Source of the DNA: a virus
IMG/VR virus record: IMGVR_UViG_3300029812_000326
Coordinates: 32,001 to 96,000 of that record
DNA: 64,000 bases
Reading direction: 5' to 3' (one strand)
This document shows, piece after piece, positions 50,881 to 58,780 of the stretch; position 1 is the first letter of the stretch; each line of letters opens with the position of its first letter. The notes below the pieces were generated by a model, which saw only the letters and a list, made by a program, of their open reading frames with translations, searched no databases and was not told the DNA's origin. Both the position numbers and the translations under genes were made by a program.

Positions 50881-51276
50881 ATGGGAACCCATCCTGTATC
50901 TTTTAATCAATTAACTATTGCCATAGAAATAATAGAAAAGAATCTTGAAGCTTTGACATTAACTGTTACTAATATGGTTCAACATATTTCCACGGGTATT
51001 CCTTCAAAACGCGATTTAGATAGAATTCGTCAAGAAATAGTGTTGATGAAAGAATCCGGAGATTATTCTGGAAATCAAATTGGAAATATCAATGATGCAG
51101 ATTTGCGAGCAATGTTAGAACTGAAACCTACATTGGATAATCTTATTGCTATGATGGAATCTTTTGATGATTGGAAAACATCTACAAATAGTACTATAAA
51201 TCAAATTAGTAGCCAATTGCAAGCAGTTCAATTACAATTATCGGCATTGGAAAGAAGAGTAGTAGCATTGGAGTAA
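50881..51276 (+). CDS. Coiled-coil protein (fibre-associated?)
   Basis: Heptad C-term ISSQLQAVQLQLSALERRVVALE; AAGGAG SD. Confidence 0.5.
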   Translation: MGTHPVSFNQLTIAIEIIEKNLEALTLTVTNMVQHISTGIPSKRDLDRIRQEIVLMKESGDYSGNQIGNINDADLRAMLELKPTLDNLIAMMESFDDWKTSTNSTINQISSQLQAVQLQLSALERRVVALE

Positions 51277-51279
51277 TAT

Positions 51280-51666
51280 ATGAGCGGCTATAAAAAAGCT
51301 TCATATGTAAAAGGTCCACTTCGGCGCATTTCTAGCTTTTTGTTTGTAAGAAAAAATGGATCTATTGATGTTAATGTATTGGCATTAGGTAGTGTAAAAT
51401 CTACTGTGATTGAATTCACTACTAATGAATCTGTCAAGTTGCCTGGGGTAGCTTATCCAAAACGCAAATCATTAACATTATGTCCTATTATTGATTCTTC
51501 CGGAATGTTTTATATTGGTGGTTCTGATGTTACAGTTGATAATGGATTACCATTAAGTTCTTTGGAATATTATTCTATAGATATTGGTGAAAATGCTGAT
51601 TTATGGGGTGTTGCCGATACGTCGGGTGAAGTGAGAATTTTAGAACTTGCTGAATATGATAATTAA
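51280..51666 (+). CDS. Small beta-sandwich virion protein
   Basis: RKSL....[12 protein letters not shown]...VRILELA pattern. Confidence 0.5.
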   Translation: MSGYKKASYVKGPLRRISSFLFVRKNGSIDVNVLALGSVKSTVIEFTTNESVKLPGVAYPKRKSLTLCPIIDSSGMFYIGGSDVTVDNGLPLSSLEYYSIDIGENADLWGVADTSGEVRILELAEYDN

Positions 51667-51686
51667 TTTATTTCAAAGAAGATATT

Positions 51687-52997
51687 ATGTCTAATCCAAT
51701 TATGCCAAGTAGTGGTGGAGAATCGAAAGACAAAACTCCTCCAATAATTGGTGGAGATGAATGTGAACAAGGATCTACTTGTGATGTAGATACCACACCT
51801 CCAGTTATATCTCCTCCTTCTTGTGGATGGGGGGTTGCTGGAGCCCGAGGGTATCCAGGATTGCCAGGACCGCAAGGTCCACAAGGAGAGCAAGGAATTC
51901 CTGGGATCAGTGGTGAACCCGGGGAAGCTGGACTTCAAGGAGATCCTGGTATGAGCGGTGAACCGGGAGAGCAAGGCCCACAGGGACCAGAAGGCCCAGA
52001 AGGCCCAGAGGGGCCTCCAGGATCAGGAGGATGGCAGACTTTAGATGATATTTGCGCGGTTGGAAATGAAACAGATTATGATATTCATACATCTGGGGAT
52101 TTGATTGTAGACCATTCGGGAATGTTTGGGAAAGATATATTTCTTAATTGGGATGGACCAGATGATGATAGTTATTTATATTTTTATGACGGAGCATCTC
52201 CTACTGGGCGACATTTAAAATGGAACAATGCGTCCAGTAGATTTGAATTTAATGAAGATGTCCGTTGTGCAGAATTAGAGGGCGGGAAAAATATTCATAT
52301 AAATATCTATCATAATGATGTTGACGCAGTCATGCATTTTTATAAACCCGGTGCAGGATATGAATTTTTTAAATGGGATAAAACTAATAATAAATTTGTT
52401 CTTAGTGATAAAATAGAAATCGGCGGAAATACAACTGTTTTGGGGAGTATTTATGGACATTCAAATATTGTGGCTTATGGAGATTTATTAGTTAATTATG
52501 ATTATGGAGATGTCGATGCGCAAATAAGATTTTTCAAATCCGATTCAAACGAAGAATATCTTAAATGGAATAAAACCCACAATTGGTTTGAATTCTCAGA
52601 TGATCTCCATGTGGGCGGCGGAATATCTGGTTCTTTCTTTATAATAGGGGATCTTGCACTTCCTGGTAGTCCAGTTGAAGGAACTATAGCATATGATTCA
52701 ACTTCTGGGGAATTCTTCGGATGGGATGGGAGTGTATGGGATCCATTTAGTGGTGAAGTTGGAATAAGTGGAGAGCCTGGACAACAGGGAATATCAGGAG
52801 AACCGGGAGAACAAGGATCTCCAGGAGATATCAGTCAAGCAACTTTAGATTTCGTATGTGATAATTCGAATGAAACAGATCAGGATATTCACACATCGGG
52901 AGATTTGATTGCAGATGAAACTCTCGAAGCCAGAAGAATTGAATTGAATAAAAATATGAATTACGAAGACGTTGTTATTTATTTTTACTTTCCCTAA
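51687..52997 (+). CDS. Collagen-like tail fibre, segment A
   Basis: 21 GXY triplets (51831-52019) plus 8 more (52752-52823); TLDxxC..ET..DIH.SG modules; ends mid-repeat (VVIYFYFP). Confidence 0.8.
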   Translation: MSNPIMPSSGGESKDKTPPIIGGDECEQGSTCDVDTTPPVISPPSCGWGVAGARGYPGLPGPQGPQGEQGIPGISGEPGEAGLQGDPGMSGEPGEQGPQGPEGPEGPEGPPGSGGWQTLDDICAVGNETDYDIHTSGDLIVDHSGMFGKDIFLNWDGPDDDSYLYFYDGASPTGRHLKWNNASSRFEFNEDVRCAELEGGKNIHINIYHNDVDAVMHFYKPGAGYEFFKWDKTNNKFVLSDKIEIGGNTTVLGSIYGHSNIVAYGDLLVNYDYGDVDAQIRFFKSDSNEEYLKWNKTHNWFEFSDDLHVGGGISGSFFIIGDLALPGSPVEGTIAYDSTSGEFFGWDGSVWDPFSGEVGISGEPGQQGISGEPGEQGSPGDISQATLDFVCDNSNETDQDIHTSGDLIADETLEARRIELNKNMNYEDVVIYFYFP

Positions 52998-53019
52998 TCC
53001 ATAATGGAGGAAATATTGA

Positions 53020-53565
53020 ATGGGTAGAAAATTACTTAATTTAACTGGGCAAAGATTTGGAAGATTAATTGTTTTAAAATTTGCTGGTAGGAATAAATTT
53101 AGTCAAACCCGCTGGCTATGTAAATGTGATTGTGGAATGGAAAACATTGTTTCCAGTGTGAATTTAAGAAATGGAAATACAAAAAGTTGTGGATGCTTGA
53201 GGAACGAAACTGCATCTCAAACATGTAAGAAACGCTTGGAATCTAATCATCCTCGATGGAAAGGCTTTACATACGATAGTAATGGATATGTTTTAATTCA
53301 TCTTGGAAGAAAAAAATATATACGTGAGCATATTCTTGTAATGGAACAACATTTAGGAAGAAAATTATTAAAAGATGAAAATATTCATCATAAGAACGGA
53401 ATCAGGGATGATAACCATTTGGAGAATTTGGAATTATGGACACATGCCCATCCTTGTGGTCAAAGAGTTTCAGATATGATTAAATTCTGTGAAGAATATT
53501 TAATTCAATATAATCCGTCTAGAATAAAAAAATTAAAGTATAATGATTTAATCAATTATAACTAA
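53020..53565 (+). CDS. HNH_3-type homing endonuclease with DLTGQRFG/CxCxCG/KSCGC N-terminal domain
   Basis: NLTGQRFGRL, WLCKCDCG, TKSCGC, EH.LVME..LGR.L..E.IHHKNGIRDDNHLENL. Confidence 0.9.
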   Translation: MGRKLLNLTGQRFGRLIVLKFAGRNKFSQTRWLCKCDCGMENIVSSVNLRNGNTKSCGCLRNETASQTCKKRLESNHPRWKGFTYDSNGYVLIHLGRKKYIREHILVMEQHLGRKLLKDENIHHKNGIRDDNHLENLELWTHAHPCGQRVSDMIKFCEEYLIQYNPSRIKKLKYNDLINYN

Positions 53566-53585
53566 GAGAAAGGAGGTGAAATCGC

Positions 53586-54119
53586 TTGAGTTTCACTACA
53601 TTTAAATACAGCGTTGCTCGAGGTCGGTTTGAATTCACGGCTCCAGCTCAGATTTCAGGAGAATTATATGTTGATGGCTCTGGAATGTTCGAAGATGATA
53701 TTTATTTACATTATAAGGGTCCAGATGGAGATCAATATATATTCTTCTATGATGATAGTGCGCCTGATAACGAATGGCTGAAATGGGACGAAGCGGATGA
53801 TCGTTTTGAATTCAGCAATGATCTTTATGTCGAAGGTGCTGGACTCATTTCAGAAATATCCGGACATGCATATGCTGCTGAAGGCGATACATTGGATGTT
53901 GTATGCGGCAGAGGGCATGAAACGCAATATGATATCCATAGTTCTGGAACGATTACCGCCGATGTAGATCTGGATGCTGGAGTGGACGTGAATGCCGGCG
54001 GTGATATAAATGCTGGTGCGGATGTGACTGCAGGTGGAGATGCAAAAATCGATGGAAATGTCCATGTCAATTTTGATGCAGGTGCCGGCGATCCAACGGT
54101 TTTCTTTTATTATTCCTGA
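53586..54119 (+). CDS. Tail fibre segment B
   Basis: TTG start with AAGGAGGTGA SD; starts and ends mid-repeat. Confidence 0.75.
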   Translation: MSFTTFKYSVARGRFEFTAPAQISGELYVDGSGMFEDDIYLHYKGPDGDQYIFFYDDSAPDNEWLKWDEADDRFEFSNDLYVEGAGLISEISGHAYAAEGDTLDVVCGRGHETQYDIHSSGTITADVDLDAGVDVNAGGDINAGADVTAGGDAKIDGNVHVNFDAGAGDPTVFFYYS

Positions 54120-54120
54120 T

Positions 54121-54150
54121 TAAGAATAGCAAATGGGACTTGCTTTCTTA
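54121..54150 (+). promoter_or_regulatory. Hairpin TAAGAA(T)AGCAA-loop-TTGCTTTCTTA followed by a T-rich tract
   Basis: 11-bp inverted repeat right after the segment B stop. Confidence 0.45.
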
Positions 54151-54168
54151 TTCTTTTCTGGAGGAAAT

Positions 54169-54270
54169 ATGTTTGAATATTTTAAATGGTCTAGGAAATT
54201 TGATTGTTGTATTGAATATGGAACCGTAGAAAGACCGTATTATGCTAAAGGATTTGGAGCGATAAAATGA
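54169..54270 (+). pseudogene. 33-aa remnant of KWSxKY HNH N-terminus (MFEYFKWSRKFDCCIEYGTVERPYYAKG)
   Basis: Aligns with KWSQKYGDCCIECGTTEIPHKGHG; GGAGG SD; TGA overlaps next ATG. Confidence 0.75.
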
Positions 54271-55940
54271 GTTTGGAATATCTGAAATTTAACATTTCTA
54301 ATGACAGATTTGAATTCAGTGATGATATACATATTTCTGGATGCGGATCTTTCTGTGAATTATCTGGGTCTTACTATGGATTATCTGGAGATTATATCTC
54401 TCATCGTGATGATACATCTAATCCTCACGAAGTAACATTTGATCAAGCCAGAGATCAACAGGGAGGCTCTGACGTAACATTGGCAGAACTTGAAGAATTG
54501 ACCGATGGCTCTGTAACTGTATTGCATGCTCATGCTGGCGGCGGAGCAGATACTTTGGATAATGTTTGTGATCGGGGAAATGAGACAAACCAAGATATAC
54601 ATAGCTCGGGCACGGTGTATGCTGATCGTTCCCTAATGACCGATGGTGATGTAGAAATCGCCGATGATTTGAATGTTGGTGATGATGCATCCATATCGGG
54701 CGATTTACATGTTGTGGGCACTTTCTATACGGATGGTGAAATTCATGCTGGTAATTCTATTTTTGCGACAGGCGATTTAAAAGCAACTAATAATCTTTAT
54801 TTAAATAGCAATAATGATAATCAAGATGCTGTTGTTCATTTTTACAAACCCACTGCAGGCGAAGAAACTCTGAGATGGGATAAAACAGATCTTCGTTTTG
54901 AATTTAGTGATGATTTACAAGTTCAAGGCAAATTATTAGTTGATAATTCAGGAACATTTGAAACGGGATTATTTTCAAAAGATGATGTTTATTTTTCTCG
55001 CGATCTTTACATTGAAGAGGATATTCTCTGTGAATGGGATGCTTATATAAAAAGTTTAATTCTTAATAAAAACTTTCACAATACTACTGCGCAAATTATT
55101 TTCAGAAAACCTACTTCTGGATTTGAATCTTTAACATGGAATAAAGGTACAAATAGATTTTTATTGAGTAATGATTTACAAATTCAAGGTGATCTTTATA
55201 TAGATGAATCCGGAACATTCGGCGATCAAGTAGTAGTTGACGCATCAGGAATTTATTATGAAGCGAATGATCAACATACTCACATATCTGATTTCCTTGC
55301 TGGATTGCCTGGGCTTATGTTTAATACATCATCGGAGAAGTGGCAATATTGTAATGATGGCTCTACTTGGGCGGATATTGGGAGTGGTGGTGCCGGTGCT
55401 GGAAGCATACTTCTTCCTGTTGAAGGCGCCGCTCTTGGTGATGGAACAGTTGGTTCAGCTGCGCCGGCTCTAAGTCTTGTTACAACTTCGGATGCCGATG
55501 ATCCTCAGTGCAGAACATTTTGCCTACGATTTGATGCCAGCACGGATGAACATTGCTTCTGGCAATTCCGACTACCTGCTGATTATAGTTCTGGCGGAAG
55601 ACTTAAAGTTCAATTTTATAATGTTAGTGCTCAATTAAATGATATAAAAACTGCACAATTTGAAGGATGTCTCCAAGCTGTAACTCCTGGTGATGCAACA
55701 ATTATGACTGCTCTTGATCTGACAACGGATGGTGGTGGTTGGGTTGGAACACTTAAGACCTTGACATCGGGCACAACAGCTGGAAGATTATATGAATCAT
55801 CTATTGATATGGCTTCCAATCTCGATGGAATGGTTGCTGGAGATTTTATACAATTTGGATTAAGAAGAGATGTTAGTGATGACGATGCTACAGGAGATAT
55901 GGCAGTGATTGCAGTAACATTCGAATATAACTATGCATAA
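54267..55940 (+). CDS. Tail fibre segment C with C-terminal jelly-roll-like tip domain
   Basis: Starts mid-repeat (LEYLKFN...RFEFSDD); same repeats as A and B; C-term F.LP.DY..G...GD.I....RD domain. Confidence 0.75.
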   Translation: MSLEYLKFNISNDRFEFSDDIHISGCGSFCELSGSYYGLSGDYISHRDDTSNPHEVTFDQARDQQGGSDVTLAELEELTDGSVTVLHAHAGGGADTLDNVCDRGNETNQDIHSSGTVYADRSLMTDGDVEIADDLNVGDDASISGDLHVVGTFYTDGEIHAGNSIFATGDLKATNNLYLNSNNDNQDAVVHFYKPTAGEETLRWDKTDLRFEFSDDLQVQGKLLVDNSGTFETGLFSKDDVYFSRDLYIEEDILCEWDAYIKSLILNKNFHNTTAQIIFRKPTSGFESLTWNKGTNRFLLSNDLQIQGDLYIDESGTFGDQVVVDASGIYYEANDQHTHISDFLAGLPGLMFNTSSEKWQYCNDGSTWADIGSGGAGAGSILLPVEGAALGDGTVGSAAPALSLVTTSDADDPQCRTFCLRFDASTDEHCFWQFRLPADYSSGGRLKVQFYNVSAQLNDIKTAQFEGCLQAVTPGDATIMTALDLTTDGGGWVGTLKTLTSGTTAGRLYESSIDMASNLDGMVAGDFIQFGLRRDVSDDDATGDMAVIAVTFEYNYA

Positions 55941-55967
55941 ACAATGGCTATTTGAATAGGAAAATCT

Positions 55968-56654
55968 ATGAGTATAGAATTTACAAATGCAGCTTCAAAA
56001 TATGCGTGGGTTGATAGAACACCATTTGAAATAAATGGACCTTTGACTGTGTCTCTTTGGCTTTACGTAAAAACTCTTACGGCCTGGAATGGAATTTATA
56101 CTATGGGACTAAATTCAGGTATAAATCTCTTTATGACAGATGGTATTAAATTGCGATCATTTGTAAGAGAAAAAACACCCATTCGATGGCAATTCAATGA
56201 TTCAACAAATAATATTAATGCAAATCAATGGTATCACGTTTGCCAAGTTGTAACAGCAGATAATATGCATCTTTATATAGATGGAGTTGATCAAGAAGCA
56301 ATCAGTCCTGGAGGATATGGAGGGGATATAAATTATCCAGATGTTTATGATTGGCGCATCAGTGGATATAATGATCAAGAATTTGATGGTATGATAGAAG
56401 ATTTAGCTTATTGGAATAAGGAGCTTAGTATAGCACAAATTCTTTTATTGGCTAAATCTTATAAGAAAAGAATACCATTACAAATTCAACCTGCTAATTT
56501 GATGCTTTATCTTCCATTTGATGAAGCAAATATTGGAGCTGCATATGGAACAGCGTATGATTGGAGTGGTAATGGACGGAATGCAACACCAAGCGGTCCT
56601 CCAATAGGAGCAAAAGGAATTTTATCTTATCCGTCAAAGATCGTTATGGTATAA
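55968..56654 (+). CDS. LamG/concanavalin A-like lectin domain protein
   Basis: TVSLW, NQWYHV, LYIDG, FDGMIEDLAYWNKELS, YLPFDE, DWSGNGRNAT. Confidence 0.85.
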   Translation: MSIEFTNAASKYAWVDRTPFEINGPLTVSLWLYVKTLTAWNGIYTMGLNSGINLFMTDGIKLRSFVREKTPIRWQFNDSTNNINANQWYHVCQVVTADNMHLYIDGVDQEAISPGGYGGDINYPDVYDWRISGYNDQEFDGMIEDLAYWNKELSIAQILLLAKSYKKRIPLQIQPANLMLYLPFDEANIGAAYGTAYDWSGNGRNATPSGPPIGAKGILSYPSKIVMV

Positions 56655-56657
56655 AAT

Positions 56658-57224
56658 ATGATTGATCATATTGTAGGCATAGATGAAGTTGGAAGAGGCT
56701 GTTTAGCCGGTCCAGTCGTTGCATGTGCAATTATGACCAACTATTCTGCAATTCCCCTATGTTGTCGGGATTCTAAGAAATTTACTGAAACCCGCAGGAA
56801 ATTCGTGGCCCGCATATGTCTTCCCTACGTAAATAAAATAGCATTTGGAACGATTTCAAATGAAATTATAGATGAATTTGGCATTAAAAATGCTACGAAG
56901 TTAGCTATGACCAGAGCATATGAAAAACTTAATCCCAATCATGATATTGTATACATCGATGGCATAGATGGAATAGGAATCAAAGATGAAATTGTTGTGC
57001 CTCATGGAGATGACCTAATTCCCTGGATATCATTGGCTTCCATATATGGCAAAATCTATAGAGATTTCATAATGATTCAGTATTCTGAGATGGAAGAATA
57101 CAAAATGTACAATTTGGATAGGAACAAAGGCTATCTTACGCATGAGCACAAAGTGGCGATTGATAGGTACGGATTGTCGAATATTCACCGACAATCATTC
57201 AGTTGGGAGAATTCTTGGAAATAA
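56658..57224 (+). CDS. rnhB: Ribonuclease HII
   Basis: GIDEVGRGCLAGPV, DSKK, IDG, ISLASI.GK..RD, KGY...H, IHRQSF. Confidence 0.95.
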   Translation: MIDHIVGIDEVGRGCLAGPVVACAIMTNYSAIPLCCRDSKKFTETRRKFVARICLPYVNKIAFGTISNEIIDEFGIKNATKLAMTRAYEKLNPNHDIVYIDGIDGIGIKDEIVVPHGDDLIPWISLASIYGKIYRDFIMIQYSEMEEYKMYNLDRNKGYLTHEHKVAIDRYGLSNIHRQSFSWENSWK

Positions 57225-57307
57225 CGCGGATTTACATTGCAAAAGTCCCAGAATTGATCGAGCGTGGAAATAAGGATGGAAGATGGCTTTCAAAGAAAAG
57301 GGGAATC

Positions 57308-57332
57308 TGGCATCCTATGCCATGTATTTTTT
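57308..57332 (+). terminator. Possible intrinsic terminator between convergent blocks
   Basis: TGGCAT-CCT-ATGCCA hairpin then TGTATTTTTT. Confidence 0.35.
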
Positions 57333-57379
57333 AATGCTTTAATATCACAATTTTAATTACTTTGTAGTCATATAAAAAT

Positions 57380-58447
57380 TCAATCCGATTCATAATACGA
57401 GCTCCGCGGGGATTTGACCAATAATTCATTAAAAAATTTGATGAATTCAACGGCAATTTTTTCTGGGGAATATTTTTTTGCATATTGAATCATTTTTTGT
57501 TGCACGGTTTGAGATTTTTCTTTATCATGAAAAAGTTCAATTAATAATTGATGTAAATTATTTACATTTTGATATTTAATTACTTCATCGGAAAATAAAT
57601 GGAAAAAATCCGATCCATCTGGTACCAATATTGGACATCCCGCTCCAATTATTTGAAATGCTGTAGATGAAACAACGCCATAATCTTTTTTTATGAATTT
57701 ATGCAATACAATAGCATCTGAAGCGGATATGTAATCATCAAATCTTCGATGAGACAATATTTCTTGTCGAATAATCATCCAGGATGACATATTTGATTTT
57801 TCAAAAAATTTCTTATCAGGTGAAGCAAGAATAAGCAAAATTGATTCATCTTTCAAATTATCGGATAAATATCGAAGATATAGTTCATATCCTCTTTGAC
57901 AAAATGAAAGAATTATCCGTTTATCTTGAGGCAAATTTAATTTTTTCCTGGCATCTTGTTTATTTCTTTTTCTTATTGGAAAACAAGGAAAAGGAATTAA
58001 TTGAGCATTTGAATAAATTTTCTTTAGAAATTCCTGACGTTCAGTAAAATATATTACGCCATCCCAAAGGAATTGATAAAAATTAGGATTATTTGGCAGT
58101 TGATTTTCATGAACAATTTGAATTATAATTTTGCTACGTCTATAAATATTGGGAATAATTTTTATTAATTTTTCCATTGGAAATATCATAATATCTTGAA
58201 TTATGAAAACATCGAATTCTTGAGATAAAATGGGTGCTGGATCAAGAAAATTGGTTTGTTGGGTGCCTATGCAACGGATTACATAATTTTCATCTTTGTT
58301 AGTAATATGGGTACCATGAAAATCATTTTTAATAAAGGTAAAGATGGTAAGTTCATGCCCCATTTCAATCCAGCTTTTTCCAATTGATTCTGCATGAATA
58401 GCAACTCCGCTATCTGTGTTCCAAGCGGACAGCATGCCTATTTTCAT
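57380..58447 (-). CDS. GT-B (GT4-like) glycosyltransferase
   Basis: MKIGMLSAWN..SGVA.H; ARKKLNLP; YISASDAIV; GCPIL; YS.EKIA..F. Confidence 0.8.
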   Translation of the reverse strand: MKIGMLSAWNTDSGVAIHAESIGKSWIEMGHELTIFTFIKNDFHGTHITNKDENYVIRCIGTQQTNFLDPAPILSQEFDVFIIQDIMIFPMEKLIKIIPNIYRRSKIIIQIVHENQLPNNPNFYQFLWDGVIYFTERQEFLKKIYSNAQLIPFPCFPIRKRNKQDARKKLNLPQDKRIILSFCQRGYELYLRYLSDNLKDESILLILASPDKKFFEKSNMSSWMIIRQEILSHRRFDDYISASDAIVLHKFIKKDYGVVSSTAFQIIGAGCPILVPDGSDFFHLFSDEVIKYQNVNNLHQLLIELFHDKEKSQTVQQKMIQYAKKYSPEKIAVEFIKFFNELLVKSPRSSYYESD

Positions 58448-58459
58448 CTGTTTCGCCTT

Positions 58460-58780
58460 TTACTTTTGATGTAATATTAATCGCCGTTTTAACCAAGATA
58501 TTACGGCGCTTCTGAAGCTTCTCAATATCTTTTTCTCATTAGTATGTTTTTTATCAGATTCAATAAGAACTTTTTTCATAATATTTTCAAGATCTAAACT
58601 GATATCTCGGGACGAACAGTAATCAAGCATTACAGAAATATCAATGCATTCTTCTTCAAGTTGCCTTATGAATAATGTAGTATCGGCGCTTGTATCTGGG
58701 AGCATTCCGCCAAGGAGTCTGACATATTTATGAATGTATTCGTTATATTTTAAGATTGGCTCGCCCGCTTCTTTACACAT
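58460..58780 (-). CDS. Hypothetical protein
   Basis: 106-aa ORF in the minus-strand block. Confidence 0.45.
   Translation of the reverse strand: MCKEAGEPILKYNEYIHKYVRLLGGMLPDTSADTTLFIRQLEEECIDISVMLDYCSSRDISLDLENIMKKVLIESDKKHTNEKKILRSFRSAVISWLKRRLILHQK

Noticed and set aside
52998-54266. Group I introns in the fibre gene
   Set aside because: Spacers are almost fully occupied by an HNH ORF or remnant, no conserved core elements were recognised, and downstream segments have their own SD and start
479-55819. Many short antisense and alternate-frame ORFs in the ORF track (e.g. 27479..28036 -)
   Set aside because: Shadows of long coding genes, with low-complexity F/I-rich translations and no RBS or motifs
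46720-56654. DGR template/variable repeats or invertible tail-fibre cassette
   Set aside because: No reverse transcriptase or recombinase and no adenine-specific near-duplicate seen in this window
57215-57334. 39-aa TTG ORF after rnhB (MEITRIYIAKVPEL...)
   Set aside because: Weak SD and no recognisable motif; cannot be supported
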